Assembly: GCA_963514005.1 (NCBI GenBank)
Contig: OY740823.1
Span: 1,674,001 to 1,738,000, forward strand
DNA length: 64,000 nucleotides
Source of the DNA: Raja brachyura
Taxonomy: Eukaryota
Direction: 5' to 3'
Made by a program: the position numbers and the translations under genes. The notes under the pieces were generated by a model. The model was not told where the DNA came from. It did no database searches and was given only the letters and a program-made list of their open reading frames with translations. Below are positions 26,240 to 39,082 of the stretch, in pieces. Positions within the stretch are counted from its first letter, which is position 1, and each line of letters starts with the position of its first letter.

Positions 26240-29200
26240 TGCTGTCGGGGAGGATTTAAACTAATGTGGCAGGGGGATGGGTACAAGAGCAGAGAGGCAG
26301 GTGGGTGTAAAACGAGGGTGGAAGCAATAGGGAGCAAGGTGAAAAGTAAAAGGGGTAAGAGCATTGTAAAAACAAGCCTGAAGGCCTTGTGTCTCAATGC
26401 AAGGAGTATTCGTAATAAGGTGGATGAGTTGAACGTGCAGATAGCTATTAATGAGTATGATATAGTTGGGATCACGGAGACATGGCTCCAGGGTGACCAA
26501 GGCTGGGAGCTGAACATCCAGGGGTATTCAATATTCAGGAGGGATAGAGAGAAAGGAAAAGGAGGTGGGGTAGCGTTGCTGGTTAGAGAGGAGATTAACG
26601 CAATGGAAAGGAAGGACATTAGCTTGGAGCATGCGGAATCAGTATGGGTAGAGCTGCGAAACACTAAGGGGCAGTAAACGCTAGTGGGAGTTGTGTACAG
26701 GCCACCTAACAGTAGTAGTGAATTTGGGGATGGTATAAAACAGGAAATTAGAAATGCGTGCGACAAAGGCAAAACAGTTATAATGGGTGACTTCAATCTA
26801 CATATAGATTGGGTGAATCAAATTGGCAGGGGCGCTGAGGAAGAGGATTTTTTGGAAAGTATGAGGGATAGTTATCTAAATCAACATGTAGAGGAACCAA
26901 CGAGAGAGCAGGCTATTTTAGACTGGGTATTGAGTAATGAGGAAGGGTTAGTTAGCAGTCTTATTGTGCGTGCCCCCTTGGGCAAGAGTGACCATAATAT
27001 GGTCGAGTTCTTCATTAGGATGGAGAGTGACATTGTTAATTCAGAAACAATGGTTCTGAACTTAAGGAAAGGTAACTTTGAGGGTATGAGACGTGAATTG
27101 GCCAAGATTGACTGGCAATCAATTCTAAAAGGGTTGACGGTGGATACGCAATGGAAGACATTTAAAGACTGCATGGATGAACTACAAAAATTGTTCATCC
27201 CAATTTGGCAAAAGAATAGATCAGGGAAGGTAGTGAATCCGTGGATAACAAGGGAAATCAGGGATAGTATCAAAGCAAAGGATGATGCGTACAAAGTAGC
27301 CAGAAAAAGCAGCATACCAGAGGACTGGGAAAAATTCAGAGACCAGCAGAGAAGGACAAAGGGCTTGATTAGGAAAGGAAAAATAGATTATGAAAGAAAA
27401 CTGGCAGGGAACATAAAAACTGACTGCAAAAGTTTTTATAGATATGTGAAGAGAAAGAGATTAGTTAAAACAAATGTAGGTCCCTTGCAGTCAGAAACAG
27501 GTGAGTTGATCGTGGGGAACAAGGATATGGCGGACCAATTGAATAACTACTTTGGTTCCGTCTTCACTAAGGAAGACATAAATAATCTGCCGGAAATAGC
27601 AGGGGACCGCAGGTCAAAGGAGTACTTGAGTGAAATCCAGGTTAGTCGGGAAGTGGTGTTGGGTAAATTGAATGGATTAAAGGCCGATAAATCCCCAGGG
27701 CCAGATAGGCTGCATCCCAGAGTATTTAAGGAAGTAGCTCCGGAAATAGTGGATGCATTAGTGATAATCTTTCAAAACTCTTTAGATTCTGGAGTAGTTC
27801 CTGAGGATTGGCGGGTAGCAAACGTAACCCCTCTTTTTAAGAAGGGGGGGAGAGAGAAAACGGGGAATTACAGACCAGTTAGTCTAACATCGGTAGTGGG
27901 GAAACTGCTAGAGTCAGTTATTAAAGATGGGATAGCAGCACATTTGGAAAGTGGTGAAATCATTGGACAAAGCCAGCATGGATTTACGAAAGGTAAATCA
28001 TGTCTGACGAATCTTGTGGAATTTTTCGAGGATGTAACTAGTAGCGTGGATGGGGGAGAACCAGTGGATGTGGTGTATCTGGACTTCCAGAAGGCTTTCG
28101 ACAAGGTCCCACATAAGCGATTAGTATATAAACTTAAAGCATATGGCATTGGGGGTTCAGTATTGATGTGGATAGAGAACTGGCTGGCAAACAGGAAGCA
28201 AAGAGTAGGAGTTAACGGGTCGTTTTCACAATGGCAGGCAGTGACTAGTGGGGTACCGCAAGGCTCAGTGCTGGGACCCCAGCTATTTACAATATACATA
28301 AATGATCTGGATGAGGGAATTGAAGGCAATATCTCCAAGTTTGCGGATGACACTAAGCTGGGGGGCAGTGTTAGCTGTGAGGAGGATGCTAGGAGAATGC
28401 AAGGTGACTTGGATAGGCTGGGTGAGTGGGCAAATGTTTGGCAGATGCAGTATAATGTGGATAAATGTGAGGTTATCCACTTTGGTGGCAAAAATAGGAA
28501 AACCGACTACTATCTAAATGGTGGCCGATTAGGAAAAGGGGAGATGCAGCGCGACCTGGGTGTCATGGTACACCAGTCATTGAAAGTAGGCATGCAGGTA
28601 CAACAGGCAGTGAAGAAAGCCAATGGTATGTTAGGTTTCATAGCAAAAGGATTTGAGTATAGGAGCAGGGAGGTTCTACTTCAGTTGTATAGGGTCTTGG
28701 TGAGGCCACACCTGGAGTATTGCGTACAGTTCTGGTCTCCAAATCTGAGGAAGGACATTATTGCCATAGAGGGAGTGCAGCGAAGGTTCACCAGACTGAT
28801 TCCTGGGATGTCAGGAGTGTCTTATGAACAAAGACTGCATAGACTCGGTTTATACTCTCTAGAATTTAGGAGATTGAGAGGGGATCTTATAGAAACTTAC
28901 AAGATTCTTAAGGGGTTGGACAGGCTAGATGCAGGAAGATTGTTCCCGATGTTGGGGACGTCCAGGACAAGGGGTCACAGCTTAAGGATAAGGGGGAAAT
29001 CCTTTAGGACCGAGATGAGAAGGAATTTTTTCACACAGAGAGTGGTGGGTCTCTGGAATTCTCTGCCACAGAGGGTAGTTGAGGCCAGTTCATTGGATAT
29101 ATTTAAGAGGGAGTTAGATGTGGCCCTTGTGGCTAAGGGGATCAGAGGGTATGGAGAGAAGGCAGGTACGGGATACTGAGTTGGATGATCAGCCATGATC

Positions 29201-29290
29201 ATATTGAATGGCGGTGCAGGCTCGAAGGGCCGAATGGCCTATTCCTGCACCTAATTTCTATGTTTCTATGTTCTATGTTTCTATGTTTGT
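26240..29290 (+). mobile_element. Young 5'-truncated CR1 LINE with near-intact ORF2
   Basis: ORF2 26264-29179 is interrupted by a single in-frame TAA (26675-26677). All endonuclease and RT motifs are present. (TTTCTATG)n tail to ~29290. Confidence 0.96.
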
Positions 29291-29849
29291 CATCTTATTG
29301 AATGACAACACTTGTTCAGGGGACCAATTGGGGGAACAGTTCCTTTCACAGCGTGTGGATAGTCTGTGCCAGGGGTAAAGTTGTGGGGAGGGCACGAGTG
29401 TTGAGAAGGAGGGTGTCGGGGATACTGCCAGTAACTCACTCACTCATTCACCGCTACCGCAGCTCTCCGGGCGCGAAGCCACGCACTGTAGCTGGGGATA
29501 GAAGCAGCTCGGGGAGCTGCGAGCGGCCACCGGGATCCGACAAGATAACTGGCCGCCACTTCAGCGCGTTCTGCGGGCTCGCTCACCTCTGGCAGTGCTC
29601 TCCGTCGGGACATCTGTCACCTGCCGTTCGCCGACTCATGTCAGCGGCTTCCTGCAAATCGTTAAATACCCACAGCCGAGTAATTCGCTGTCGGAATTTA
29701 AAGACATGAGTGAGGGCAGCGAGCGGCAGGAGAGAGGTTTTTAGACGGAGAGCTGCCAGAGGTGAACGGGAACCGGCAGAAGGAGCGAAGGTGGCGGCTG
29801 GTTCCGCTGTCCGGCCCGGCCCGGCGGCCGCTCAGCCACCGAGCTACTT

Positions 29850-31490
29850 CACGGGCTCGATCACGGCGGTCGAGATCTGCGGCGCCGGGTAGACGGAAAA
29901 CTCCAGCTTGGATCCTTGCTGTAGTCGATTTAGAGTCTCTTCATGAGGAACGAGGTGAATCCCGAGCCGGTGCCGCCACCGAAACTGTGGGAGATGAGGA
30001 ACCCCTGGAATCCGGTGCATTTGTCGGCCTGAGGGAAGCAAAGCGGAAATCGTGATTAGTAGAGCGCATATGGCGTTCGTGAGCTACCTCGCTACCACTG
30101 CGGTTGGGCACAAGTGGGTTGCTCAGGGATGAACGAACGAGATCGTTCCTTCATTTCCACTCAACACGTACATCAAAAATAAGTCGGCAGTCAGGGATCG
30201 TCCTATTTGTCTCCATTTGACCCAACGCACCTCTCCAAATGGCTTTCGGAAGACTTAGGTGCCGTTGGCATCCCACGAGTGCCTTAAATTTGCGCGGAAG
30301 TGTAAATAAAGTGATAAAATTCGCGTTTGGCATCATTCGGAGTGTATAATGCAGTTCTGGTTTCCGCCTTCCGCGAAGGACCTCGAAGCTTAGACAAGGG
30401 TGCAGAAGAATATTACTAGAAAGAATGCTTCATCGATTCGAGGGTAGGAAAGGCTGGGAAAATTGGGATTGTTTTCTCTGAAACATGGGAGTTTGAGGGG
30501 AGACTTGATATAATGATGTAAAATATGAAAGGCATAGGTAGGGTATCATTTTTCCGAACATCTTTTCCGTGGTGGAAATGTCAAGTTGGAAGGGGAAAGT
30601 TGGAAGGTATGATCGGTACACAATATAAATACAAGGAGCGCTCCGTGACAGGAAGCTGGCCCCGGAACTGCGGTAGGTAACGAATGTATTATCTGACGTT
30701 CTTTTGCGAATTAACTTACCACCGTTCGGATTCGATCCAGGACTAAGTCCATGATCTCCTTGCCGATGCAGCAGTGGCCCCGGACATAGCTTCCGGTGAT
30801 GAGGTGCTCGGGGTGGAAGAGCTACCCGTAAGTTCCGGTCATTGCCTCATCTGTTGGGGGAGGGGAGCAGAAAATAGAGAATTAACCTGCGCCACACATA
30901 CGCCCCATCCCACATGGCAAGACAGGGTTTGGCACCATGCAGAACATATCAGACATGCCCATTCCGCCACGATGGGGGACGTTTTGAGACAATCGCCCGC
31001 CATTCTAAATTACTGATCACCGTGGGTTCCAGGTCGATAAACGCGGCCTGCAGGACCTGCTTGCCCGTCCCCGTCTCCCTGAAGAAGGTGCTGCACGAAT
31101 CGTCGCCGCCTCCGATGGTCTTGGCGGTGGGCATCTGTCCATCCGGCTGGATCCCGTGCTACAGGCAATACAGCGCCGATCTGGCACCCGACCTGGATTG
31201 AAATATACTCGCGTAGGAAACGAACAGGTATACAATATTCACAATTACAGCTTACGCACACGAGACGTCTGCGCCTGTTCTAGAAGCCGGTTCACCTATC
31301 CCTACCAAATTGTAATAGATATTTTCGACCCCACCCCGTTCCCCAATAATTGCGAGCACAAAGAGTCAATGAACAGGATTACTATTAGTGGAAGACGTGC
31401 ATGATTGGGGGCAAGGTAAAGATGCGGATGAGGAACCGATGTGTCCCTCTTCTGGTTGGATGCCATGCGGGTAGCCGACACCACCACGCA
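29850..31490 (-). pseudogene. tuba: Alpha-tubulin pseudogene (copy C), paralog of the 50689 gene, truncated at both ends
   Basis: Exon 2 (31014-31213) has lost its acceptor AG and carries deletions. Exon 3 (30720-30850) is 18 bp short. Exon 4 survives only as ~29852-30028. Intron 3 is clearly homologous to 51588-52271. Confidence 0.92.
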
Positions 31491-32039
31491 CCACTACTCC
31501 GGGCAACATTCCGACGAATCCCCTTTGTGCTCTCTCCTATGCGGTCACCTCTTCCCTAAAGTGTGGAGACCATTATTTTAAAGCCGCTTAGAGAACCCTT
31601 CAGGAAGCATCCATATATGATACAGATAAATCGGCCCTAACGTGTCACGCGCTTAGGGGGAGGCGGGTAGGCAGGGACATTATCCCATTCAAGTGGTATG
31701 AGGGCGAGCTCTCGAATGGCCATCTCAGAGAAGGCTAGGGAATTACGTCATAGAGTCAAAGGACTGTACAGCATGGAACCAAGGCCTCTCGAGCCACCTT
31801 ATCCATGGCGACCAAGTTAGGATACTGGTCTATTCCCACTTCCCTCTGTTTTTGCCCACAGCCCAACAAATCCTTCCTATCCATATATCTGTCCAAATGA
31901 GGTGGGTTGGGGAGGAAAGAGTCGCTCGCTCCATGCGAAAAATCAGCGGAGACAGCTGAGATCTGGTAGGTTTTTTACCCGGACGAGTTGTTCTGATCAC
32001 TGTAATTCATTCCAGCACCATGAAGCACGGAAACTGGCC

Positions 32040-35000
32040 CTGGGTACATCGTGTCCCCGCCGATTAATCTAATACTAACCCGCAGTTTAATCTCTCCGCA
32101 TCCCGATCAACTCAACCCATATTCGACCCGTCGCCCACACACCGGGGTGGAGGATAGGGTTTTACAGAAGCCGATTACCCGCCCCTCTTGCGACTTGTAT
32201 TGTGATGGTATTTTGCACAATGATCATGATCTTCGTACCGTTTGTCTTTTTATTCTCTTTTAGGATTTCTCAGCGATTTATGAATTGTTTTATGAGACGT
32301 CTGGGTATAGGAAACTATGATGCTTTTGCAAGTAACATTTTCATTGTACCTGTACCTCAACCTACTTGTGCATATCAAAATAAAATAACCACACGGCCAG
32401 CAGGTCGATGATATCCATCCCGTCAGATTCGAGTGTGCCTGTTCACCTGATCACTGTTGGAGAGGTAAGATCGGCCTTCCTGAGGGTGATCCTGGGGAAA
32501 GCAATTGGCCCGGATGGAGTCTCTGTCTGCTTCCTTCGAAACTGCGCGGTACAACGAGCGAGATTGTTCACGGAAATGTTTATTCTCTCCCTCCTCCATT
32601 GAAAAGCAATTTCACATGCGTTACTGACTGCCGTCCAGTACCTTTGACATCCACCATCATGAAGGCTTCGAGAGACTATTTATGGCATATGCCAACGCCA
32701 TTCTACAAAGCAGCGATTTTCCACGGCAATCCGCGTACCGACATAACAAGTCCGCGGCTGAAGCCCTCCACTTGGGTCTACACTTATCACTGCAATACCT
32801 AGTTAAGGATACCTAAGGCAGACCACTCCACCACTCTCGCTTTCTACATTCAATACCAAGCTCATTGGCACACACGTGGTATTTGAATTCAGCACTGCAT
32901 GTGGATCGTCGACTTACTGTTCAACAGACAGCAATCAATGAGGATAGTTAATTACTGTAATAACTTGACTAACTAGAGTCCAGAAGCGGAGCTACTCAGG
33001 AAAAGAGGTGACAGGTTGGACGGCGGAACTGCTTCAATGGCGTTTAAAGATGTACTAATGAAGTACAGTTATAAATCAGATTACAATACTGAACACCCCA
33101 TTCAAAACCTCGATTCACAATCCCTGTAAGTGTGAAAGGATTAACCGATCTGGGGCTATATTTCCGAGAGGACAATGTTGCACATTCTCAGATTGAACGA
33201 TTGAACAGAGCACTGTGGGACGGAATGATGTCGCTGGCAGCGTGCGTTACGTCGTGGGTACCACACTGGATCCCTCTGAGAACCGCCGTCACTTGCGGCC
33301 CGAGTCACACTCATTTTCTTCCTGCCCATGACGTTCAGTGCTGTTGGAATGACAGACAGGACGTGCATCGTGGCACATTGGGGCAGGTATTGATGGGAAA
33401 GTGCACGGTGTTTCACATATACGTAATGACCTTTGGAGTGCAAGAGACGAGGGGAATATTATACACATTGAATCTACATGCCACATTGTATCCACAGTTA
33501 ACGTCCGGTTGGCACTTATTTGATTTCTCTGTGTCTATTTCACTGTGATGCCCCGGTAATCAAGTCTTGCACTGTAACTTAACCTCGAGGTATTTGTGTA
33601 TATGGCGACAACTCGAATCGATTTGAACCCCAATGCCCATATTCCTATCAATACCGTTTCGTGTTCTTAACGGGTACAATGTACACGTATTGGAAAATTG
33701 CTTTCAGGTAAATTCATTTCAGATTATACCTGGTTTTACATTCCTAAAACTTTTAACTGCTAAATGTTTCGAAACATGAAAGGTTACATTTGACTTTATA
33801 TGATGTCATATATTCTTCTCCCTCCTCCTCCGCTCTTTGTAGTTCGGATGAATCCAGGGCCAAGTCTTGATAGACCTTCTCCAGCGACGCCATGTCCTCC
33901 CGCGCGTCCTGAAACTCCCCTTCCTCCAGACCCTCTCCCACGTACCAGTGGACAAAAGCTCGCTTGAGGTCCAGGCGGGTCCAGGCCATGGCGCTGGCAG
34001 TTGTGTTGCCCAGCATGCAGAGGACGGGATGCACCTTGGCCAGGTCGCCCCCGGCACCACGGTCGGGGGCTGGTAGTTGATGCCCATCTACGGAGGTAGG
34101 GAAAGTGCAGGCATTGGACTTAAATTCCTGAACCCCGTCAACATGCGAGCTCTTCCCAACCAATTCGCCGTGTAAACATCGCGCTCTGGGTGAACTGCAA
34201 AGCCTCTGTTGCCCGTGCGAGGGCACTGCAAAGGGGAACGATACAATTAAGTGATGATTCCAATCCTTAACTTCCTCCTCTATCAGAAGCCCAATGTTTC
34301 CTGGAGTATTCTTTCTGACCGATCACCCGGCAGAAAGAAGTATTTCGGCCCACCGTCTCCAAGCACGTGAATTCCTTCAATTCCACCCACGCCCCTCCAT
34401 CCCTTGTGCCCTCATAAGGACAATATGTCTCCTGCAAATGTTGCGACCGGGTTAGAACATTCCCACGGGATGACTACATTCCGTTGTGGTGTTGAGTAGT
34501 GAGGGCACAGTGGGGAGAGTGGGAGAGGTCCTTGTTCAATTATTGTCGATGTATACAGGGACAGCTATTTAACATTTCTAGCTGTGCCGTTCAACTGAGG
34601 TATCGGACAAACATAGCCTATCTCCTCCTCCACCGGGTACACACGGTTTTGCCTCAAACTCTCAACTTACCTTGAATCCGGTGGATTATGCGCTTGCTCT
34701 TGATGATGACGATGGCGGCTTTGACGTCCTTGGGCACCACGTCCCCGCGGTACAGCATACAGCACGCCATGTACTTGCCCTGGCGTGGTTCGCCCTTCAG
34801 CATCTGGTTGGCCGCTCGAAGCATGCGATAGTGATTTAAGCGAGCGACAATTGCTCGTGCTAAGCCTTCTCGGCCGATACCAGGGGTGCGTATGTGGCGA
34901 GCGCGAAATGGATACGAGGGTAGCCGACCATGATGGTTTGGATCTCAGTCTAGTCCAAATTCAGGGCGCCGTCGAAGCGCTGCGAGGCGGTGATGGACGA

Positions 35001-35900
35001 CACGATCTGGGCAAACTGGTGGTTGAGGTTGGTGTAGGTGGGGTGCTCGATGTCCAGGTTCCGCCGACACACGTCGTAAATGGACTAATGGTCCACCATG
35101 ACGGCGCAGTCGGTGTGCTCCAGTGCGCAGTGGGTGACCAGCACCCAGTTGTTGGGCTCGACCACGGCGATGGAGATCTGCGGCGCCGGATAGATGGCAA
35201 ACTCCAGCCTTGATTTCCTGCCTCCTCTCTCCATGAGGGGAGGGGGGGGGGGTGTGGAGCCCGAATGATGCCGCCCCCGAACCTGTGGAAGACGAGGAAC
35301 CCCTGCAGTGCGGTGCACAGATTGGCATGAGGGACGGAAAGCGGAAATCATGAATAGAATACCAGATGTGACATTGCTGATGTTCGTTGCCCAACTACCA
35401 CTGGGCGCACGAACATTGCACTGGAGTGATCGAGCGACATCGTCTGTTCAGGCATTTGCACCCAACAACTACAGGAAGAACTCTTTGGCAGTCTGGGCAC
35501 GATGCATTTGCGTCGCGTTCCTGGTGAACCTTTCCCATCCAATGTCAGGTCGATATCACTTTCGAAATTTGGAATTGTTTTCGTCCTCCGATGGGTTACA
35601 GCAAGGGTGCCTTCCTTAAATTGGGGTTGAATTGTTAATAATGTAACATAACTTTGGAAAGGCGGTATTTTAGGTAATGTGTGCAGTTCTGGTTCCTCCA
35701 TTACCCATATAGAAACATAGAAACATAGAAAATAGGTGCAGGAGTAGGCCATTCGGCCCTTCGAGCCTGCACCGCCATTCAATGTGATCATGGCTGATCA
35801 TCCAACTCAGTATCCCAATGGTAAGGGTAATGATATGATGGTAAGGGTTTAGAAGAATTTGACCGGAAATCAACCGGGATTAGTGGGTTTTGGAGGAATT
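32040..35900. repeat. Segmental duplicate of ~14050-17780
   Basis: Collinear similarity across the intergenic spacer, 3' flank, exon 5, intron 4, exon 4 and intron 3 of tubulin B. Confidence 0.9.
33806..35900 (-). pseudogene. tuba: Alpha-tubulin pseudogene (copy D), paralog of gene B; exons 1-3 absent
   Basis: Exon 5 (~33808-34087) has a frameshift and loss of FDKMYAK. Exon 4 (~34671-35330) has several indels and stops. Intron 3 carries a short CR1 3' insertion (~35705-35815) and ends near 35900. Confidence 0.92.
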
Positions 35901-35916
35901 AGAGGACCTATTGAAC

Positions 35917-36527
35917 TGTTAGTTTCCTACCACTTTGAACTTCGCATCATGGTAGCTCACTGTAGTTAGTTTTAACCGTTTTACTTTTTACACTGTTATT
36001 ACCTCGCCGGGTTTAGCTATTAATTTATTGTTATTTCTTTGTTGTGTTTTCTTTGGTTTGCATTGTTGCCGACGTCTCCCAGTCGTTACTGGGTGCCGTA
36101 TTTCTCGGGACACGATCCTCTGCTGGTAGATGAGATGCGCCTGTGTCTCGTTCGTCCTGCGGTATTTTGCATCGTTCGCCTGCCCCCACGGTCCAGTTCC
36201 GAACAGGCCCACGCAGTACGTCGACTGCGCCCGTGGGGCCCGTGGGACAGACTCGTGGCCTAGGGCCCACAAACCGTTGCAGGAGCCGCACTCAAACATG
36301 GTTCCAGTAGAAGGTGAGCGCGCTCGGTCCCTGTTCGTCTGTGAGCTTTGGCTGCCGCATTTCTTCGGCCTGCTCGTTTTCCTTCCTCCGGTTCTTGGGG
36401 GGGGGGGGGGGGGGGGGGTTCGGTGGCTCGACTTAACATCCTCGCTGAGCAACAGCAGCATTTAATCTTATGTAAGAGAGTCCTAAACGCACATGTATGT
36501 TAGACTTATCTTGCTAATAAAGTAACA
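35917..36527 (+). mobile_element. Possible solo LTR
   Basis: About 610 bp bounded by TGTTA...TAACA with AATAAA just before the 3' end. No target-site duplication is visible. Confidence 0.45.
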
Positions 36528-36552
36528 GTTTATCTTGCTAGTAAAGTAACCG

Positions 36553-36596
36553 TTAGTTAATCGATTAATTAAATATTTAATTAATCGATTAACTAA
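36553..36596. repeat. Perfect 44-bp AT-rich palindrome with no loop
   Basis: TTAGTTAATCGATTAATTAAAT|ATTTAATTAATCGATTAACTAA. Confidence 0.95.
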
Positions 36597-37279
36597 TCAG
36601 TCAATTAATTAGATCGCCAGAGTCGGAGCTCCAGCCAGCGCGGCCTGAGGACCTCGGGTGCCGCGGTTTCCGGTGAGGGAGCGGCCGCTCAGACATTTCC
36701 ATGCCGCTGAGTACTATTTACCCGACGCTGGTGTTCCATCTTCCCGGCAGGTGGGCCTTTAACATCGGGCAGCCGATGCGGTGACTGGCTGCGGAGGCCT
36801 CAAATAGGCCCGTGCTCGGGTGGACTTGGAGGAGGAGGAGGACTAGACTTTTTGGTGCCTTACCTCACAGTGGAAAGTGTTAATTCTGCTGTTGGGGGGA
36901 CATTCATGTTGAATCCCATCGTGTATTGTGTATTTTTCCCCTTCTTTTTTTATTCTATATAGGTATGGTAATCTATTTTTTCTCTGTAAAGCACTTTCGC
37001 TTCGACATGACTTGATTTAAAAGTGCTATATAAATAAATAAAAAATACTTACTAAACTAAACTAAACTAATCGAACAGAACACTCTAATAATGTTGTCAA
37101 GGAAGTAGAATACGGAGGGAGCCATCACTGAGGGAAAGACTGCACACGGGCACATATTACCAAGTCCGGCAACGCAAAGGGGCCAGATTATACACCTGAG
37201 ATTCCTGGTCTCATCCTGAGATCATTACAGACTGAATAATTACACATTCCGAAGTAGAAAAAAGATAGAATGTACAACT

Positions 37280-38480
37280 CAAATGTAATTCGAAACTCTC
37301 CCACCACTTATGTTTGCAATCATGGTTTGCAATTTCGCTTCAATTCGGGAGATCCAGTATACGCACCGCGTCAGGAAATGGAACCTCGGCCCCTGATGGC
37401 ATCTGTTGGAAAACAATAATCCAAATTTGTGAAGAACCGGTTGAGATGATTAGCCCTGTTATTCCACCTCCGGAATGATTTGGCCTAAGGGAAGCATATA
37501 CAGGGAGAAGAGAATGGGGCCAAGGATGGAACCTTGTGGAACCCCACAGCAGAGGCTAGCTGGGGAGGAGAAAGAGTTGACAATGTTCTTGGAGAAACTC
37601 CTACCTTTGAGGTAGGAGATGAACCAGCAAGGGCAGTTCCATCAATATCAATCCCGTACCGGAGATGGTATCAAATGCTGCGCTTAGGTCGAGAAGGAGC
37701 GGGATTGCACAATCGCCCGAGTCAGCGGTGGGTCGTTATGTACCTTCAACAAAGCATACTCTGTGCTGTGGTGCGTCCTGAAACCTGTTTCGAAAGTTTC
37801 CAAGATAGTATTTTGGTGAAGATAAGGCATAAGTTGACATAAAGTTACCTTTTCAAGGGCTTTTGAAAGGAAAGGCAGTTTTGAAATGGGTCTGTAGTTG
37901 CTTGGCAAGGTGGGGTGGAGGTTAGGTTTTTTCAGGAGGGGCTGAACCACCTTTTGCTTGAAGCAGGTAGGAACAGTGCCAGTGGCCAGAGAACTGTTGA
38001 AGATGGCGAGGATGATGGGACCGGCTATTGTGATGATATCCTTTATATGGGCAGAGAGGACACTGTCGAAAGGGCAGGTGGTAGGTTTCATGGTGGTGAC
38101 CAGTTTTACAAGGGAAGGTAGAGTAACGGGTTGGAAACAGTCTAAGTTGGAAGAACGGACCAATGAGACAGCCAGGTCACGGATCGGAGGGGAAATATTC
38201 GTTCTGATGTTCTTTACTTTGCAGGTGAAAAATGTAGTAAATTCCTCGCACTTAGCAAGGGACCCAGTTAAGCTGGTGCTGGGGGCAGGATATATGATGG
38301 AGGTGATGGTACTAAAAAGTGCATAAGCAGCTGACCGTGTGACTGGCCGAGTGTCAGGATCCAACATCCCAAGACGATGTCCGTACGAATGACGGAAATG
38401 TCTTGACCGGTCAGTGTGTGAGTGGAAGGATTTCAAAAGTAACCTCCTCTCCGACTGCAGGATGGCGACACCACTGGACG
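37280..38480 (-). mobile_element. Degenerate L2-clade LINE ORF2 fragment
   Basis: ORF 37684-38487 contains VVQPLLKKPNL...SNYRPISKLPFLSKALEK...GFRTHHSTEYALLKV, followed by VPQGSILGP. Confidence 0.85.
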
Positions 38481-38483
38481 GAA

Positions 38484-39020
38484 CCAAATCTGAGGAAAGA
38501 CATCCTTGCCATAGAGGGGGTACAGAGAAGATTCACCAGACTGATTCCTGGGATGTCAGGACTTTCATATGAGGAAAGATTGGATAGACTCGGCTTGTAC
38601 TCGCTGGAATTTAGAAGATTGAGGGGGGATCTTATAGAAACTTACAGAATTCTTAAGGGGTTGGACAAGCTAGATGCTGGAAGATTGTTCCCGATGTTGG
38701 GGGAGTCCAGAACAAGAGGTCACAGTCTAAGGATAAGGGGGAATTCCTTTAGGACCGAGATGAGGAAAACATTCTTTACACAGAGAGTGGTGAGTCTCTG
38801 GAATTCTCTGCCACAGAAGGTAGTCGAGGCCAGTTCGTTGGCTATATTTAAGAGGGCGTTAGATGTGGCACTTGTGGCTAAAGGGATCAGGGGGTATGAA
38901 GAGAAGGCAGGTACGGGATACTGAGTTGGATGATCAGCCATGATCACATTGAATGACGGTGCAGGCTCGAAGGGCCAAATGGCCTACTCCTGCACCTATT
39001 TTTTCTATGTTCTATGTTCA
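38484..39020 (+). mobile_element. CR1 3' fragment
   Basis: PNLRKDILAIEGVQRRF...AGTGY* followed by the CR1 3' UTR and tail. Confidence 0.92.
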
Positions 39021-39082
39021 ATGAACTTCAGTTGTATCCGGCCAAGGAATGGACGACAGAAAGCAGTTGAGGCTTTGAGATG

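Noticed and set aside
33800-33830. Copy D ending EEEGEEY as a tyrosinated functional isotype
   Set aside because: The TAT is not followed by a stop, D is frameshifted and lacks exons 1-3, and both intact paralogs have TAG; best read as a chance TAG-to-TAT change in a pseudogene.
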